64,000 nt of DNA from assembly GCA_963706325.1 (NCBI GenBank), contig CAVPLT010000007.1, positions 736,001-800,000 of the forward strand, written 5' to 3'. Of this stretch, positions 1 through 9,509 are shown in pieces (the stretch's first letter is position 1; every line of letters starts with the position of its first letter). Source of the DNA: an uncultured Nitrospiraceae bacterium. Lineage in GTDB: Bacteria; Nitrospirota; Nitrospiria; Nitrospirales; Nitrospiraceae. The notes beneath the pieces are model-generated. The model had not been told where the DNA came from. It saw only the letters and a list, made by a program, of their open reading frames with translations, and ran no database searches. The position numbers and the translations under genes are program-made.

Positions 1-2
1 AA

Positions 3-350
3 GCGGCCCGTACGTTGGCATTGCAGGGCGCGGATATCATTACGCATCCGTCAAACCTGGTGCTGCCGCATTGCCCCGACTCGATGGTGACGCGTTGCTT
101 GGAGAACCGAGTCTTCAGTGTGACGGCGAATCGAATCGGCAGCGAAGCCCGCGGAGGCAAGGATCGGTTGACCTTTATCGGGATGAGCGAAGTCGTCAGT
201 CCGCGCGGCCACATCCTGCATCGCGCTTCTCGTGAGGCCGAGGACCTGACCATCGTCGAGATTGACCCGACGGAAGCTCGAACGAAGGCGATCAATAGCT
301 ACAATGACCTGCTCCGCGATCGCCGTCCGGCGTTGTACGGCGGTACCTGA
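3..350 (+). CDS. Carbon-nitrogen hydrolase (nitrilase superfamily), C-terminal part, truncated by window edge
   Basis: Frame open from window start. AARTLALQGADIITHPSNL, RCLENRVFSVTANRIG and GMSEVVSPRG are typical of the CN-hydrolase C-terminal half. Confidence 0.85.
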   Translation, partial: AARTLALQGADIITHPSNLVLPHCPDSMVTRCLENRVFSVTANRIGSEARGGKDRLTFIGMSEVVSPRGHILHRASREAEDLTIVEIDPTEARTKAINSYNDLLRDRRPALYGGT

Positions 351-416
351 TTTCGACTCGTAAGCCTTTCAGACTCACCTTGCGTCGCCCGCATGCTCAC
401 GGTAGGATGGATCACG

Positions 417-974
417 ATGATTCCTCTTGGAAAAGGCATTCTTCTGGTTGCCGCGCCCGCGTTAAAGGATCCGAATTTCCGCCAGGCGGTGGTGCTCCTG
501 TGTGAGCATGGACCGGAAGGCGCCCTGGGCGTCATCGTCAATCGGCCGACCGGGATGTCCATCTCTGAAGCATTGCCGCAGGTTCCGATCTTGGAGGGAC
601 AGCCGCACGTGCTCTATGCTGGGGGGCCGGTGCAAACCAACCAGGTGATGATGCTGTATCGAATCAATCAGACCCCTGATAATTCGCACCAGGTGATCGA
701 TGGTGTCTGTCTGGGCGGTGACTTGGAGATAATGGAGCGGATTCTCATGCAGCAGCCGGAAAAAGAATCGTTTCGCGCCTACCTTGGATACTCTGGCTGG
801 GGACCAGGCCAACTGGAATCGGAAATGCAGACAGGCTCTTGGATCACCCTGCCGGCCGATCCGTCGATTGTCTTCGAAAAAAATCCCACCGATATTTGGT
901 CTGATATCGTCCTGTCCCTGGACGATGAGTCGCGGCATTATGCGGATATGCCGTTCGATCCTTCCTGCAACTAG
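417..974 (+). CDS. YqgE/AlgH (UPF0301) family protein
   Basis: LLVAAPALKDPNFRQAVVLLCEH, GALGVIVNRP, GGPV, FRAYLGYSGWGPGQLESE and terminal DPSCN. Start taken at ATG 417. Confidence 0.92.
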   Translation: MIPLGKGILLVAAPALKDPNFRQAVVLLCEHGPEGALGVIVNRPTGMSISEALPQVPILEGQPHVLYAGGPVQTNQVMMLYRINQTPDNSHQVIDGVCLGGDLEIMERILMQQPEKESFRAYLGYSGWGPGQLESEMQTGSWITLPADPSIVFEKNPTDIWSDIVLSLDDESRHYADMPFDPSCN

Positions 975-987
975 GCAAATTCATCTA

Positions 988-3804
988 TCATCGGCCCTGT
1001 GCGTGTGACGGACCCCGCGCCTCCGCCAGGACCTTCGCGAGGAACTGTCCCGTGTGAGACTGGGCGATCTTCGCCACTTGCTCAGGTCGGCCTTCGGCGA
1101 TGATGTGGCCGCCTGCCTCACCTCCCTCAGGACCGAGGTCGATGACCCAATCGGCTGTCTTGATGACATCCAGATTGTGCTCGACGACGATGAGGGTATT
1201 GCCGGCATCCACAAGTTTGTGCAAAACGGCTAGAAGTTTCTTGATGTCGTCGAGGTGGAGACCGGTCGTCGGCTCATCGAGAATATAGAGCAGATTGTGC
1301 GCCGATGGATCTTTCAGCTCGGCGGCAATCTTCAAGCGTTGCGCTTCGCCTCCGGACAGGGTCGTGGCAGCTTGGCCCAGTCGCAGATAGCCTAGGCCGA
1401 TCGAAGACAGCAAGTAGAGCTTTTCGGTCAGCTTGGGTGAGCCGGAGAAAAACGCCTGTGCCTCCGTCACCGTCAGGCTCAGCACGTCGTGGATCGTTTT
1501 GCCACGATACCGAATGCTGAGGATTTCTGGTTTGAAGCGACGGCCGTTGCATTGCTCGCACGTGGCATAGATGTCTTCGAAAAAATACATCTCCAATTTT
1601 TCATAGCCATTGCCCTCGCAGCGGTCGCAACGTCCGCCTGCAGCATTGAAGGAGAAGTGTCCGGGCGTCAACCCCTGTCGCAAGGCATCTCGCTCCGAGG
1701 CAAACAGCGTGCGAATTTCATCGAACGCCTTCAGGTATGTAATGGGGTTTGAACGGGGCGTTCGGCCGATCGGTTGTTGGTCGATCAGGCGTACGCCTTT
1801 CAGATGTTCGAGCCCCTTGATGGCCTGGAATTTCCCCATCGGCAGGGATTCGACACGAAAAGCCCTGGCTGCGGCCCGATATAACGTCTCTTCGATGAGC
1901 GTGCTCTTCCCCGAACCGGACACGCCGGTCACGCAGACCAGCATATGGAGGGGAATTTTAACCACCAAGTTCTTGAGATTATGTTCCGCGGCACCCGCGA
2001 TGCTGAGCACCTTGCCGTTTCCGGAGCGGCGGGTTTTCGGAAGCGGGATGGTCTCTTCGCCTCGCAGGTAGCGGGCGGTGAGCGACCTTGGATCGACCAG
2101 GAATTGCTCGCGCGGCGCCGCGCACACGATATGGCCACCCTGCTCACCTGAACCGGGACCCATTTCGACGATATGGTCGGCGGTTCGGATCATCATCGGG
2201 TCGTGCTCCACGACGATGACGGTATTGCCATGGTCGGCCAGGTCGCGGAGAATCCCGGCGAGGGTGGCGGTATCGCGAGCGTGGAGGCCGATTGTCGGCT
2301 CATCCAATACGTACAACGTGCCGACCAATCGAGAGCCGAGCTGATTGGCCAAGGCGATCCGTTGGGCTTCCCCACCGGACAGCGTTTTGGTCTGGCGAGA
2401 AAGCGTCAGATAACTGAGTCCTACTCGGAGTAAAAAGTTCAGCTTGGCCTGCAACTGGCGGAGGATATCTTTGGCAATGTCCGCATCGAACGAAGGCAGG
2501 GACAAGCGCTGAAACCAGGCTGCGGCATCTTCAATAGTCAGCTCATTGAGCTGCACAAAGTCATATCCTGCCAGCTTGACGAAGCGGGCAGCCGGCTTGA
2601 GGCGGCTCCCGTGACAGGTCGGACAAGTGGCGGGGCTGCGGTATCGGCTGAGCAACACCCGCACATGGAGCTTGTACCGTTTAGTTTCTAAATACTCGAA
2701 GTACTGCCGGATGCCTTCGACCTGATCGTTGCCTTCCCACATGAGCTGCTGTTTCTCGACGGGAAGTTCCTGAAAGGGAACCGTCAGATCGACCCCCAGT
2801 TTTTTCATCGCCAGCAACATCTGCTTTTGCCACCAGTCGGAACCCGGCTTGCTCCAGGGCTCGATGACGCCTCCGGCGAGCGACTTGCTGCGATCCGGGA
2901 TGACCAGCTCTTGGTCGTATCGCAGGATATTGCCGAATCCTTTGCATTCGGGGCAGGCCCCCAGCGGGTGATTGAATGAAAACAACAAGGGCCGCAACGG
3001 CTCGAAGGTTCGCCCGCAACCCTGGCAGCGAAAGTGCGTGCTGTAGGTCCGGAGGCCTTGGCCGATCACCTCGACCTGGCAGACACCGTCGGCTTCCTGA
3101 AAAGCGATTTCGATGGCTTCGATCAACCGATGGCGGTTGTCCGGTCTGAGGACGAGGCGATCCAGTATGACGTGGATGCCCGACTCGCGCGTCTCCGGAA
3201 GTGCCGCCTCCTCGTGCAGGTCCAGCAATTCATCGCCGCACCGTAATCTGGTGAAGCCCCGTTTCAAGAGCGAGTCGAGCAACGACCGGTCGTGGCCCGG
3301 ACCAAGATCCTTGATGGGGAAAAGAATCATCGCACGCTGGTCGGGGAACTGCGCCAGCAACGCTTCAGCCAGCGACCCTGGATGATAGCCCCGTGCTTCC
3401 TGATTGCAATCCGGGCAGACCGGCTTCCCGATTTTGGCGAAAAGAAGTCTCAGCAGGTCGGCAAGCTCCGTGGCGGTGCCTACTGTTGAACGGGCCGTGC
3501 GAATCGGATTCTTCTGCTCGATGGCGATCGCCGGGCGAATGTTGACCATACGATCGACATCGGGGCGGTTCACCTTGTCGAGAAACATTCGAGCGTAGGT
3601 CGACAGTGACTCCACGTAGCGCCACTGCCCTTCCGCAAACAGCGTGTCGAACGCCAGGGAGGATTTGCCCGATCCGGACAGGCCAGTGATGGCGGTGACG
3701 CGGTTGTGTGGAATCCGCAGCGAAATATTCTTCAGATTGTTTTGGCGCGCGCCCTCGACGATCAGGTCGTTCGAGGTTGTATTTGAGGGAATACGGTTCG
3801 CCAC
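988..3804 (-). CDS. uvrA: Excinuclease ABC subunit A
   Basis: Two Walker A motifs (GLSGSGKSS, GVSGSGKST), two LSGGEAQR signatures and CxxC zinc modules. GTG start at 3804 is preceded by AAGGAG. Confidence 0.95.
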   Translation of the reverse strand: MANRIPSNTTSNDLIVEGARQNNLKNISLRIPHNRVTAITGLSGSGKSSLAFDTLFAEGQWRYVESLSTYARMFLDKVNRPDVDRMVNIRPAIAIEQKNPIRTARSTVGTATELADLLRLLFAKIGKPVCPDCNQEARGYHPGSLAEALLAQFPDQRAMILFPIKDLGPGHDRSLLDSLLKRGFTRLRCGDELLDLHEEAALPETRESGIHVILDRLVLRPDNRHRLIEAIEIAFQEADGVCQVEVIGQGLRTYSTHFRCQGCGRTFEPLRPLLFSFNHPLGACPECKGFGNILRYDQELVIPDRSKSLAGGVIEPWSKPGSDWWQKQMLLAMKKLGVDLTVPFQELPVEKQQLMWEGNDQVEGIRQYFEYLETKRYKLHVRVLLSRYRSPATCPTCHGSRLKPAARFVKLAGYDFVQLNELTIEDAAAWFQRLSLPSFDADIAKDILRQLQAKLNFLLRVGLSYLTLSRQTKTLSGGEAQRIALANQLGSRLVGTLYVLDEPTIGLHARDTATLAGILRDLADHGNTVIVVEHDPMMIRTADHIVEMGPGSGEQGGHIVCAAPREQFLVDPRSLTARYLRGEETIPLPKTRRSGNGKVLSIAGAAEHNLKNLVVKIPLHMLVCVTGVSGSGKSTLIEETLYRAAARAFRVESLPMGKFQAIKGLEHLKGVRLIDQQPIGRTPRSNPITYLKAFDEIRTLFASERDALRQGLTPGHFSFNAAGGRCDRCEGNGYEKLEMYFFEDIYATCEQCNGRRFKPEILSIRYRGKTIHDVLSLTVTEAQAFFSGSPKLTEKLYLLSSIGLGYLRLGQAATTLSGGEAQRLKIAAELKDPSAHNLLYILDEPTTGLHLDDIKKLLAVLHKLVDAGNTLIVVEHNLDVIKTADWVIDLGPEGGEAGGHIIAEGRPEQVAKIAQSHTGQFLAKVLAEARGPSHAQGR

Positions 3805-3835
3805 CGTGGCGGCTCCTTCTAGAGAAAGACCGACT

Positions 3836-3864
3836 ATCGTAGCAAGCGCAGGGAGTGTGTGCAA
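3836..3864 (-). promoter_or_regulatory. Putative sigma70 promoter of uvrA
   Basis: Minus strand TTGCAC-17 nt-TACGAT with TG before the -10. Confidence 0.5.
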
Positions 3865-3946
3865 TGTGCGGCCCGAGGTGGCCGGCGAAAGTCTGTGATC
3901 CGCGGAGCCGGATTCGTATAATGATGTTCTAATTTCAGGAGGCATC

Positions 3947-4738
3947 ATGTTGGACCAGCAGACCTATCTTGCTCGAATTGGCTACGAAGGATCGGTGAAC
4001 CCTTCTGTCGAGACCTTGCGCTTGTTGCACCGAGCCCATGTCTTGACTGTGCCGTTCGAGAATTTGGATATCCATCTAGGACGGTCGATTTCTCTCGATC
4101 CCTCGGCCCTCTTTCGAAAGATCGTCCTGAGCCGGCGGGGCGGCTACTGTTTTGAACTGAACGGCTTGTTTGCGCTGCTGCTGGAACAGCTCGGGTTCTC
4201 GGTGACCAGACTGGCCGCCCGCGTGTTGTATGGTGCGGAAGGGGTCAGCCCAAGGAGCCATCAACTGTTGCTCGTCCAGATCGGCGAGAGCCAATGGATG
4301 GCGGATGTAGGGTTCGGAGGTAATGCATTACGCGAACCTTTCCTGCTGGCGATCGGCCACGAGCAACGGCAGGGGCCCGATGGGTTCCGGCTGGCCACCA
4401 ATGAACGAGGGGAGTACTTACTGCAATGCGAAATTGAAGGTGCCTGGGAGAATTTGTATTCCTTTACGCTCGATCCGTGCCTGACCGTCGATTATATCTT
4501 CGCCAATTACTACCACTCGCATTCGCCCGATTCACCCTTTAACCAGAGGCGCATCTGCACCATCCCGACGATGGGAGGGCGGAAGATATTCGCCGGCAGG
4601 CTGCTCAAGATTCGTGAGAATGGGACCATGGAGGAACTTCACGTGAAAGATGAAGGAAGGTTAAAGCAGCTGCTCAGGCAGTACTTCGAAGTAACCATCA
4701 AAGATGACTTGACATTATTCGGTATGGACAGCCAGTAA
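3947..4738 (+). CDS. Arylamine N-acetyltransferase family protein
   Basis: YLARIGY, VPFENLDI, RRGGYCFELN (catalytic Cys), SHQLL (His) and ADVGFG (Asp). AGGAGG RBS; TATAAT at 3917-3922. Confidence 0.93.
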   Translation: MLDQQTYLARIGYEGSVNPSVETLRLLHRAHVLTVPFENLDIHLGRSISLDPSALFRKIVLSRRGGYCFELNGLFALLLEQLGFSVTRLAARVLYGAEGVSPRSHQLLLVQIGESQWMADVGFGGNALREPFLLAIGHEQRQGPDGFRLATNERGEYLLQCEIEGAWENLYSFTLDPCLTVDYIFANYYHSHSPDSPFNQRRICTIPTMGGRKIFAGRLLKIRENGTMEELHVKDEGRLKQLLRQYFEVTIKDDLTLFGMDSQ

Positions 4739-5123
4739 CCTTCGTGTCGGGCTTAGTGACGGAGGAAGGGGCAACGCGGTATTATAAAGAGGTCGGCGTC
4801 CCAAGGCCTATAGCCAAGCCGACCGGCTTGCCCGCATGGTGCGTGCGCGGTCACATTGCGAAAGCCAACTTGCTGGATGCTGGTGGCTCAGTCGGCTGGA
4901 AGAATTCCCGCAGTTTGGAACGGCGAGGGCATCGCGACTTTATTGCGGCGGGCCCAGTCGGCGGCCGAGGACGTACATGGCAAGGTCGATACTCCTCTAG
5001 CGGGCTCGTTGAAGGTTGAGAATAGTGGCATCGCGCCTTGGTCTGATTGGTGGGGAGATTCCCTCGATCCCCTCCGTATCGTCCACGATAACATATGAGG
5101 GCCGAGACTTGCGTCGAGGCACT

Positions 5124-5462
5124 TTATCTCGCGAGAAATTTAACCAGCCCCACACAGCACATATAGAGGACCAGTGAGCCGGCCATGGAGAGCCAGAAGC
5201 CGACACGTTCGACTCCATAAATCATGCAACCGACGTAGGCAAGCCAGGGCGGCACAAACCAGAGTAGATTCTTGGCGTAGGTGACCAGGTGTTCGCTGCC
5301 GCCGTTCAAATAAATGAGGACAAACGTCGCACCGGTCATCGCAGGAAAGGTGCTGGCGAAGGCGGCTAGGAACGACCGGCCTTGCGACCCCAGATAGGTC
5401 GAGACGCTGACAATGGTTCCGCCCAAAAGGAAGTACAGTCCGTACTTCGCCCACTCACCCAT
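5124..5462 (-). CDS. Small membrane protein (GlpM/DUF3147-like)
   Basis: 112 aa with about 4 hydrophobic segments (YFLLGGTIVS, AAFASTFP). AGGAGG RBS. Confidence 0.7.
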   Translation of the reverse strand: MGEWAKYGLYFLLGGTIVSVSTYLGSQGRSFLAAFASTFPAMTGATFVLIYLNGGSEHLVTYAKNLLWFVPPWLAYVGCMIYGVERVGFWLSMAGSLVLYMCCVGLVKFLAR

Positions 5463-5474
5463 TCTCGACCTCCT

Positions 5475-6231
5475 TCAGCTTCCTCGAAATGCCTGTTGTG
5501 CTTCCGCCTTGATCTGACCCCCGAGTCCCGTATGGCGCGGCGAGAGATGGAAGACGACCAGATCGCGCCGGCCCATCATTAGTTTTTTTACCCATGATTC
5601 CCGCTTGGCGCGGTGAGATGGTAGCGCTCGCGATCCTGGGCTAGGATCGGGCCTCACAGTAAAAGATGTCGGCCCCTTACGCAAGAGCGACCATTTCGAC
5701 TTTGTTTTCCTCGCCGTGCCGGGCGTCCACGACATAAGCAATTTTCTGGCTTTGAGAGATGGTCACGAAGCGTTGACGAACGTCGCCTAGCACAAACTGC
5801 TCTGGGCGGTACTCATGTTAGAGCGTGGCTTGGAATCGAAAGTCATCCGGCTTGCCTTGCCACAATATTGCTTCGCTTTCTTCGGCCAATAACCACGGGT
5901 GAATTCTTCCACGGCGACAGCGGATGAACATCCACCATGCTCCCGGTATAGTGATGATGTTTTACTTCAACATTAGTTCTGCCCTGGTGGATACTTCAGC
6001 CGTAGGGTCTTTCCTCGGCCGAGTGCGACGCGCAGCAACGCATTGAATTGAATAAGGTGGTCTAGGTGGGTGTGGGAAATGAGATATCGCCGGCACGCAA
6101 TAGGCGGGTAGGGCCAGTATAGCATTGTGGCCGAGATCGAATAGAGCGCATGCTTCGACCAGCGCACTTCCACCAACGACCTGGGATTGCCGAGGACGTC
6201 ATTCGAGATGCCTGGAGATGGAGGGGTTCAT
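5475..6231 (-). pseudogene. Degraded ribonuclease Z-like metallo-beta-lactamase-fold gene
   Basis: Fragments in different frames read VEVRWSKHAL / FDLGHN / ISHTHLDH...LLRVALGRGKTLRL / WQGKPDDFR / QKIAYVVDA...ALA*GADIFYCEA / ERYHLTA / LVVFHLSPRH...EAQQAF, with frameshifts and in-frame stops. Confidence 0.8.
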
Positions 6232-6328
6232 GGAAGTCTTGTAGGTCCGGTCACCGCATCATCAGCAAAAACGCTGATGACATTAACTATAACTTGAACT
6301 ATTTGTGCTCACGAGTCGGGACCACCAT

Positions 6329-7012
6329 TTAGGCGAGTACGGTCCGCATCACACCATACAGCACCATGACCTCGACTGCATGGGCCACGATCGTAATGTA
6401 CAGGTTTCGGAAGGTGACCCACAGAATTGCCCACAGTAATCCGTCCCAGACGGCGATCCAATGGAGCTGGTGAAAGGTTGCCACCAGAAAGGGATCGAAG
6501 GCAAACAGCAGCGCACTTGTCAGTACGGCTATAGATGGTGAGAGCTTCAAGGCGAGCAGCCGTCCTAACTGAAAGCCGCGAAAATTCAGCTCGACCATGA
6601 CAGCGATGAATCCGATAAACCACGGTAGCATGATCCACATCGGAATCTTGGCATGCGGCGTATCGGCCAGAAATCTGTAGTCTCCTCCAAGGTGAGGCAC
6701 GAGGTAGAGAATGACCAGGGCATTGATGGACCCGAGCAGCAGACCAGCGCCTAGTCCCCAACGAAGGCCCTGCGGAAAGAGTGTCAGGGTGAGGCCGAGG
6801 CGCTGACCGGATCCGCTGTTGAGCCTGCCCCACAGCAATAGAGCTGCATATGCGCTGAGTTGGGGGAGAAACTGATAGGGCTGTTGCTGCTGGAGAGTGA
6901 TCGGCAAACAATAAAAGAGAAACAACGCTGCAACCGGACACAGTACGAGAGCCGCTCCTCGTTCAGGCGCCTGAGTCGCGTGCGTCAGTGGCGCTTGCTC
7001 AGGCCGGATCAT
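6329..7012 (-). CDS. CPBP (CAAX/Abi) family intramembrane protease-like protein
   Basis: Polytopic membrane protein with VELNFRG, LLFAFD and RNLYITIVAHAV, matching CPBP motif spacing. ATG lies just downstream of the tolC-like stop. Confidence 0.75.
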   Translation of the reverse strand: MIRPEQAPLTHATQAPERGAALVLCPVAALFLFYCLPITLQQQQPYQFLPQLSAYAALLLWGRLNSGSGQRLGLTLTLFPQGLRWGLGAGLLLGSINALVILYLVPHLGGDYRFLADTPHAKIPMWIMLPWFIGFIAVMVELNFRGFQLGRLLALKLSPSIAVLTSALLFAFDPFLVATFHQLHWIAVWDGLLWAILWVTFRNLYITIVAHAVEVMVLYGVMRTVLA

Positions 7013-7019
7013 GATCGGG

Positions 7020-8570
7020 CTATTCGAGTCGTAGGTTATACCGTTCCAGCGTGGTGGCTTTATTGCGAGCCAAGTTCGAGAGGGATTTGTTGTAGTCAAG
7101 GGTGGCGCGGAGTTCATTGCCTTGAGCGGTAGCCAAGTCACGTTGAAAGTCGAGTACGAACCGGGTCGTGCTGAGCCCGACCTTCAACCGTTCCTGCTCT
7201 GCCTGCAATTGTTTCTCAGCCATAATGCGGGCCGAGCGAGTGGTCTCAATTCGCTTGAAATCGGTATGCACTCGACGCACGGCTTCGCGAACGCCAACGA
7301 TAATTTGCTGACGGACGCTTTGCAAGGAAGCCTGGGCATTGCGAGCCTCCAGCTGCCGCTTGTTATAGGTGCTATAGGCTGAGCGATTGCCGAGCGGATA
7401 ACTGAGGACTAATCCGGCGCCATAGTTATAGAAGTCACCGCCGAAGTTCCGCTTCGTCGCGTCATTGTAGTCCGCGCCCAGTCCCGAGAGACCCATGGTG
7501 CCTTGAAACGATAGGGTCGGGAGCATTTGATTCTTGGCAAATTTCGTGTTGAGGTCGCTGGTCTCGACGTTTTTGCCGGCCTGGAGAATTTCCGGTCGGC
7601 GCTCAATGGCAATGTCGATCGCTTCTTGCAGGCTGATCGCTTCCAGTGACGTCGTCGGAGGATCGGTCGGGATTAATCGCAGGTCCTGACGGAGTTCTTC
7701 TTCGGCGGGATTCAACAGGCGGCGTAACTGATCTTCCTGGTCGCGAATCGATTTCTCCGCCACGAGAATTTGTTCGACCCGTGAAGCCACCGCGGCTTCG
7801 GCTTGCAGGACGTCCACTATCGACATGACGCCGGCCTTGGCCTTAGCGCGATTACTCGCCAGCAGTTCTTCTGCAGCCTTCAGCGCGGCCTGGGCCACTT
7901 TGAGATTTTCGTTTGCGAACACCATCTCCCAGAAGGTTTGTTCGACCGTTGCGATCACCGTCAGCACCCGGTCCAGGAAGACGTGTTGTTCGACCGTGGC
8001 ATTGTTCTGCGCGATAGAGATGAACGTCCGGTTTAATTCGATTCCAAAGTTCTTCAGCAGGGGTTGGGTCACCGTTAAGGCCAGGCCGCCCGTCCAGGCT
8101 GGATTAAACAAGAAGGTGTTTGGGCCGCTCACATAGCTGCGTTGGGGGCTATAATTCAGGTCGTAATTCGCGCCGGTGGGAAGATTCTGGGTAACATCGG
8201 CGGTCACGGTCGAGGCGTTTTGGTCAAACGTCTGAATGTCTCGCAGAACAACCCCGGTGACGCCTAAAACCGGTCGATTGAGCGGGGCGACCTGTCGGTT
8301 ATATTGCCCATTGAGGCTCACGGTCGGGTCATACTTCGCCTGCTCAATGACAATGTCGGCCAACCGGCTCTCCTTCGTCTGCCGACCGATATGTATATCC
8401 AAATTGTTTTGCAGGGCCTTAACGACGGCGTCGGCGAGCGAGAGTGTCTCGCGGCGTTCGGCGGGCACCGGTTTCGTCACTTCCAGGCCGAAAGTCGGCG
8501 TCGTGGTCGATACAAGCAGGGCCGTCGCAGTTCCGATTAAAAAGATTCCCCGGAGGTTTCGAATCGTCAT
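7020..8570 (-). CDS. TolC-family outer membrane efflux protein
   Basis: Signal peptide, LSLADAVVKALQNN, TVTQPLLKNFG, LSYPLGNR, ERLKVGLST..VLDFQRDL. AAGGAG RBS before ATG 8570. Confidence 0.9.
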   Translation of the reverse strand: MTIRNLRGIFLIGTATALLVSTTTPTFGLEVTKPVPAERRETLSLADAVVKALQNNLDIHIGRQTKESRLADIVIEQAKYDPTVSLNGQYNRQVAPLNRPVLGVTGVVLRDIQTFDQNASTVTADVTQNLPTGANYDLNYSPQRSYVSGPNTFLFNPAWTGGLALTVTQPLLKNFGIELNRTFISIAQNNATVEQHVFLDRVLTVIATVEQTFWEMVFANENLKVAQAALKAAEELLASNRAKAKAGVMSIVDVLQAEAAVASRVEQILVAEKSIRDQEDQLRRLLNPAEEELRQDLRLIPTDPPTTSLEAISLQEAIDIAIERRPEILQAGKNVETSDLNTKFAKNQMLPTLSFQGTMGLSGLGADYNDATKRNFGGDFYNYGAGLVLSYPLGNRSAYSTYNKRQLEARNAQASLQSVRQQIIVGVREAVRRVHTDFKRIETTRSARIMAEKQLQAEQERLKVGLSTTRFVLDFQRDLATAQGNELRATLDYNKSLSNLARNKATTLERYNLRLE

Positions 8571-8672
8571 AACAAACTCCTTGATGCGAGCGCGGGAGTT
8601 CCGCCATACTGCATAGGTGCTGGGGTGGTACCATAAACAGAGATCGGTGTCCATGCTGAATGGAAGGTGGTA

Positions 8673-9068
8673 ATGAGTCAGATGAAATGCTGGTTCTCGG
8701 TCATCGGGCTGACGATTCTGCTTTCTCCATCCATCGCTGTCGCACAATCCGTCTCAGGAGTACGCGGGCTTGGTGGGGGAGTTGCTCCGCTGTTCGGGCT
8801 CGTGGGACCGGGCAATTTGTATGTGGATAACCAGGGCACCCAGGGGTACATCTATAATTTTGGAAATAACTTTCAATCGTATAATTTTCACAATCCCGCG
8901 ACTGGGCAGGCATGGAGTGGCGCCATGATGACGCTCGGGCCGCAACTCTCTATTGGATTAATCCAAGGGGCGAATCAGGTAGGTTCCCCTTTGGTATTTC
9001 CTCCTATGCCGCGAGACGTCGGGCCTCTTCCTCCTATCCAGTCCACCATTCTAGACGACATTCCCTAG
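8673..9068 (+). CDS. Hypothetical exported protein
   Basis: Signal-peptide-like N-terminus (SPSIAVA-Q), Gly/Asn-rich body and Pro-rich tail. GGAAGG upstream. Confidence 0.6.
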   Translation: MSQMKCWFSVIGLTILLSPSIAVAQSVSGVRGLGGGVAPLFGLVGPGNLYVDNQGTQGYIYNFGNNFQSYNFHNPATGQAWSGAMMTLGPQLSIGLIQGANQVGSPLVFPPMPRDVGPLPPIQSTILDDIP

Positions 9069-9296
9069 TGCTCTTCCTGCCTGACCGGAAATTTCTGGGG
9101 CGGTTTAGTATTGCCAGACAAGCTTGTCACACCCATCATCTACGGATAGTCGGTTATCAACAGAATCCACAGACTCCATGAGTTCAATCCATGTCGGTAT
9201 CTAGCCGACCCTTTGTCACGGCACTCATTCTCAAGCCGTTGATTCATCATTCTTTCTTCCTATATCCTGTTCTGCCCATTAATTCGCTCTAAATGG

Positions 9297-9312
9297 TGGT
9301 ACGAGGTTTGCT
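9297..9312 (+). promoter_or_regulatory. Putative sigma54 (-24/-12) promoter
   Basis: TGGTACGAGGTTTGCT fits GG-N10-GC and differs by one base from TGGCAC-N5-TTGC. Lies about 200 nt upstream of the glycosyltransferase. Confidence 0.65.
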
Positions 9313-9509
9313 TGGGTGACCGCTCAAAGTGCCGCCCTGATCCATGAGCGTCGAGGCGACAAAAAGAATACGACTAACTCAAAGATGTCAATTGAATCAG
9401 AACTGCAGAACAGAAAGAATGCGAGAACTTGTGATGCTGGGAGTGTGACGTTTGAGGAGACTGAGGCGCTGAGTATCTCAGGACTGAGACAGCAAAGGAG
9501 ATTGCACTG

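Noticed and set aside
4744..5098. Short ORFs after the acetyltransferase; EGATRYYKEVG resembles the end of TAXI-type binding proteins
   Set aside because: Only about 10 residues of resemblance, no RBS and no other motif. It may be a remnant but cannot be supported.
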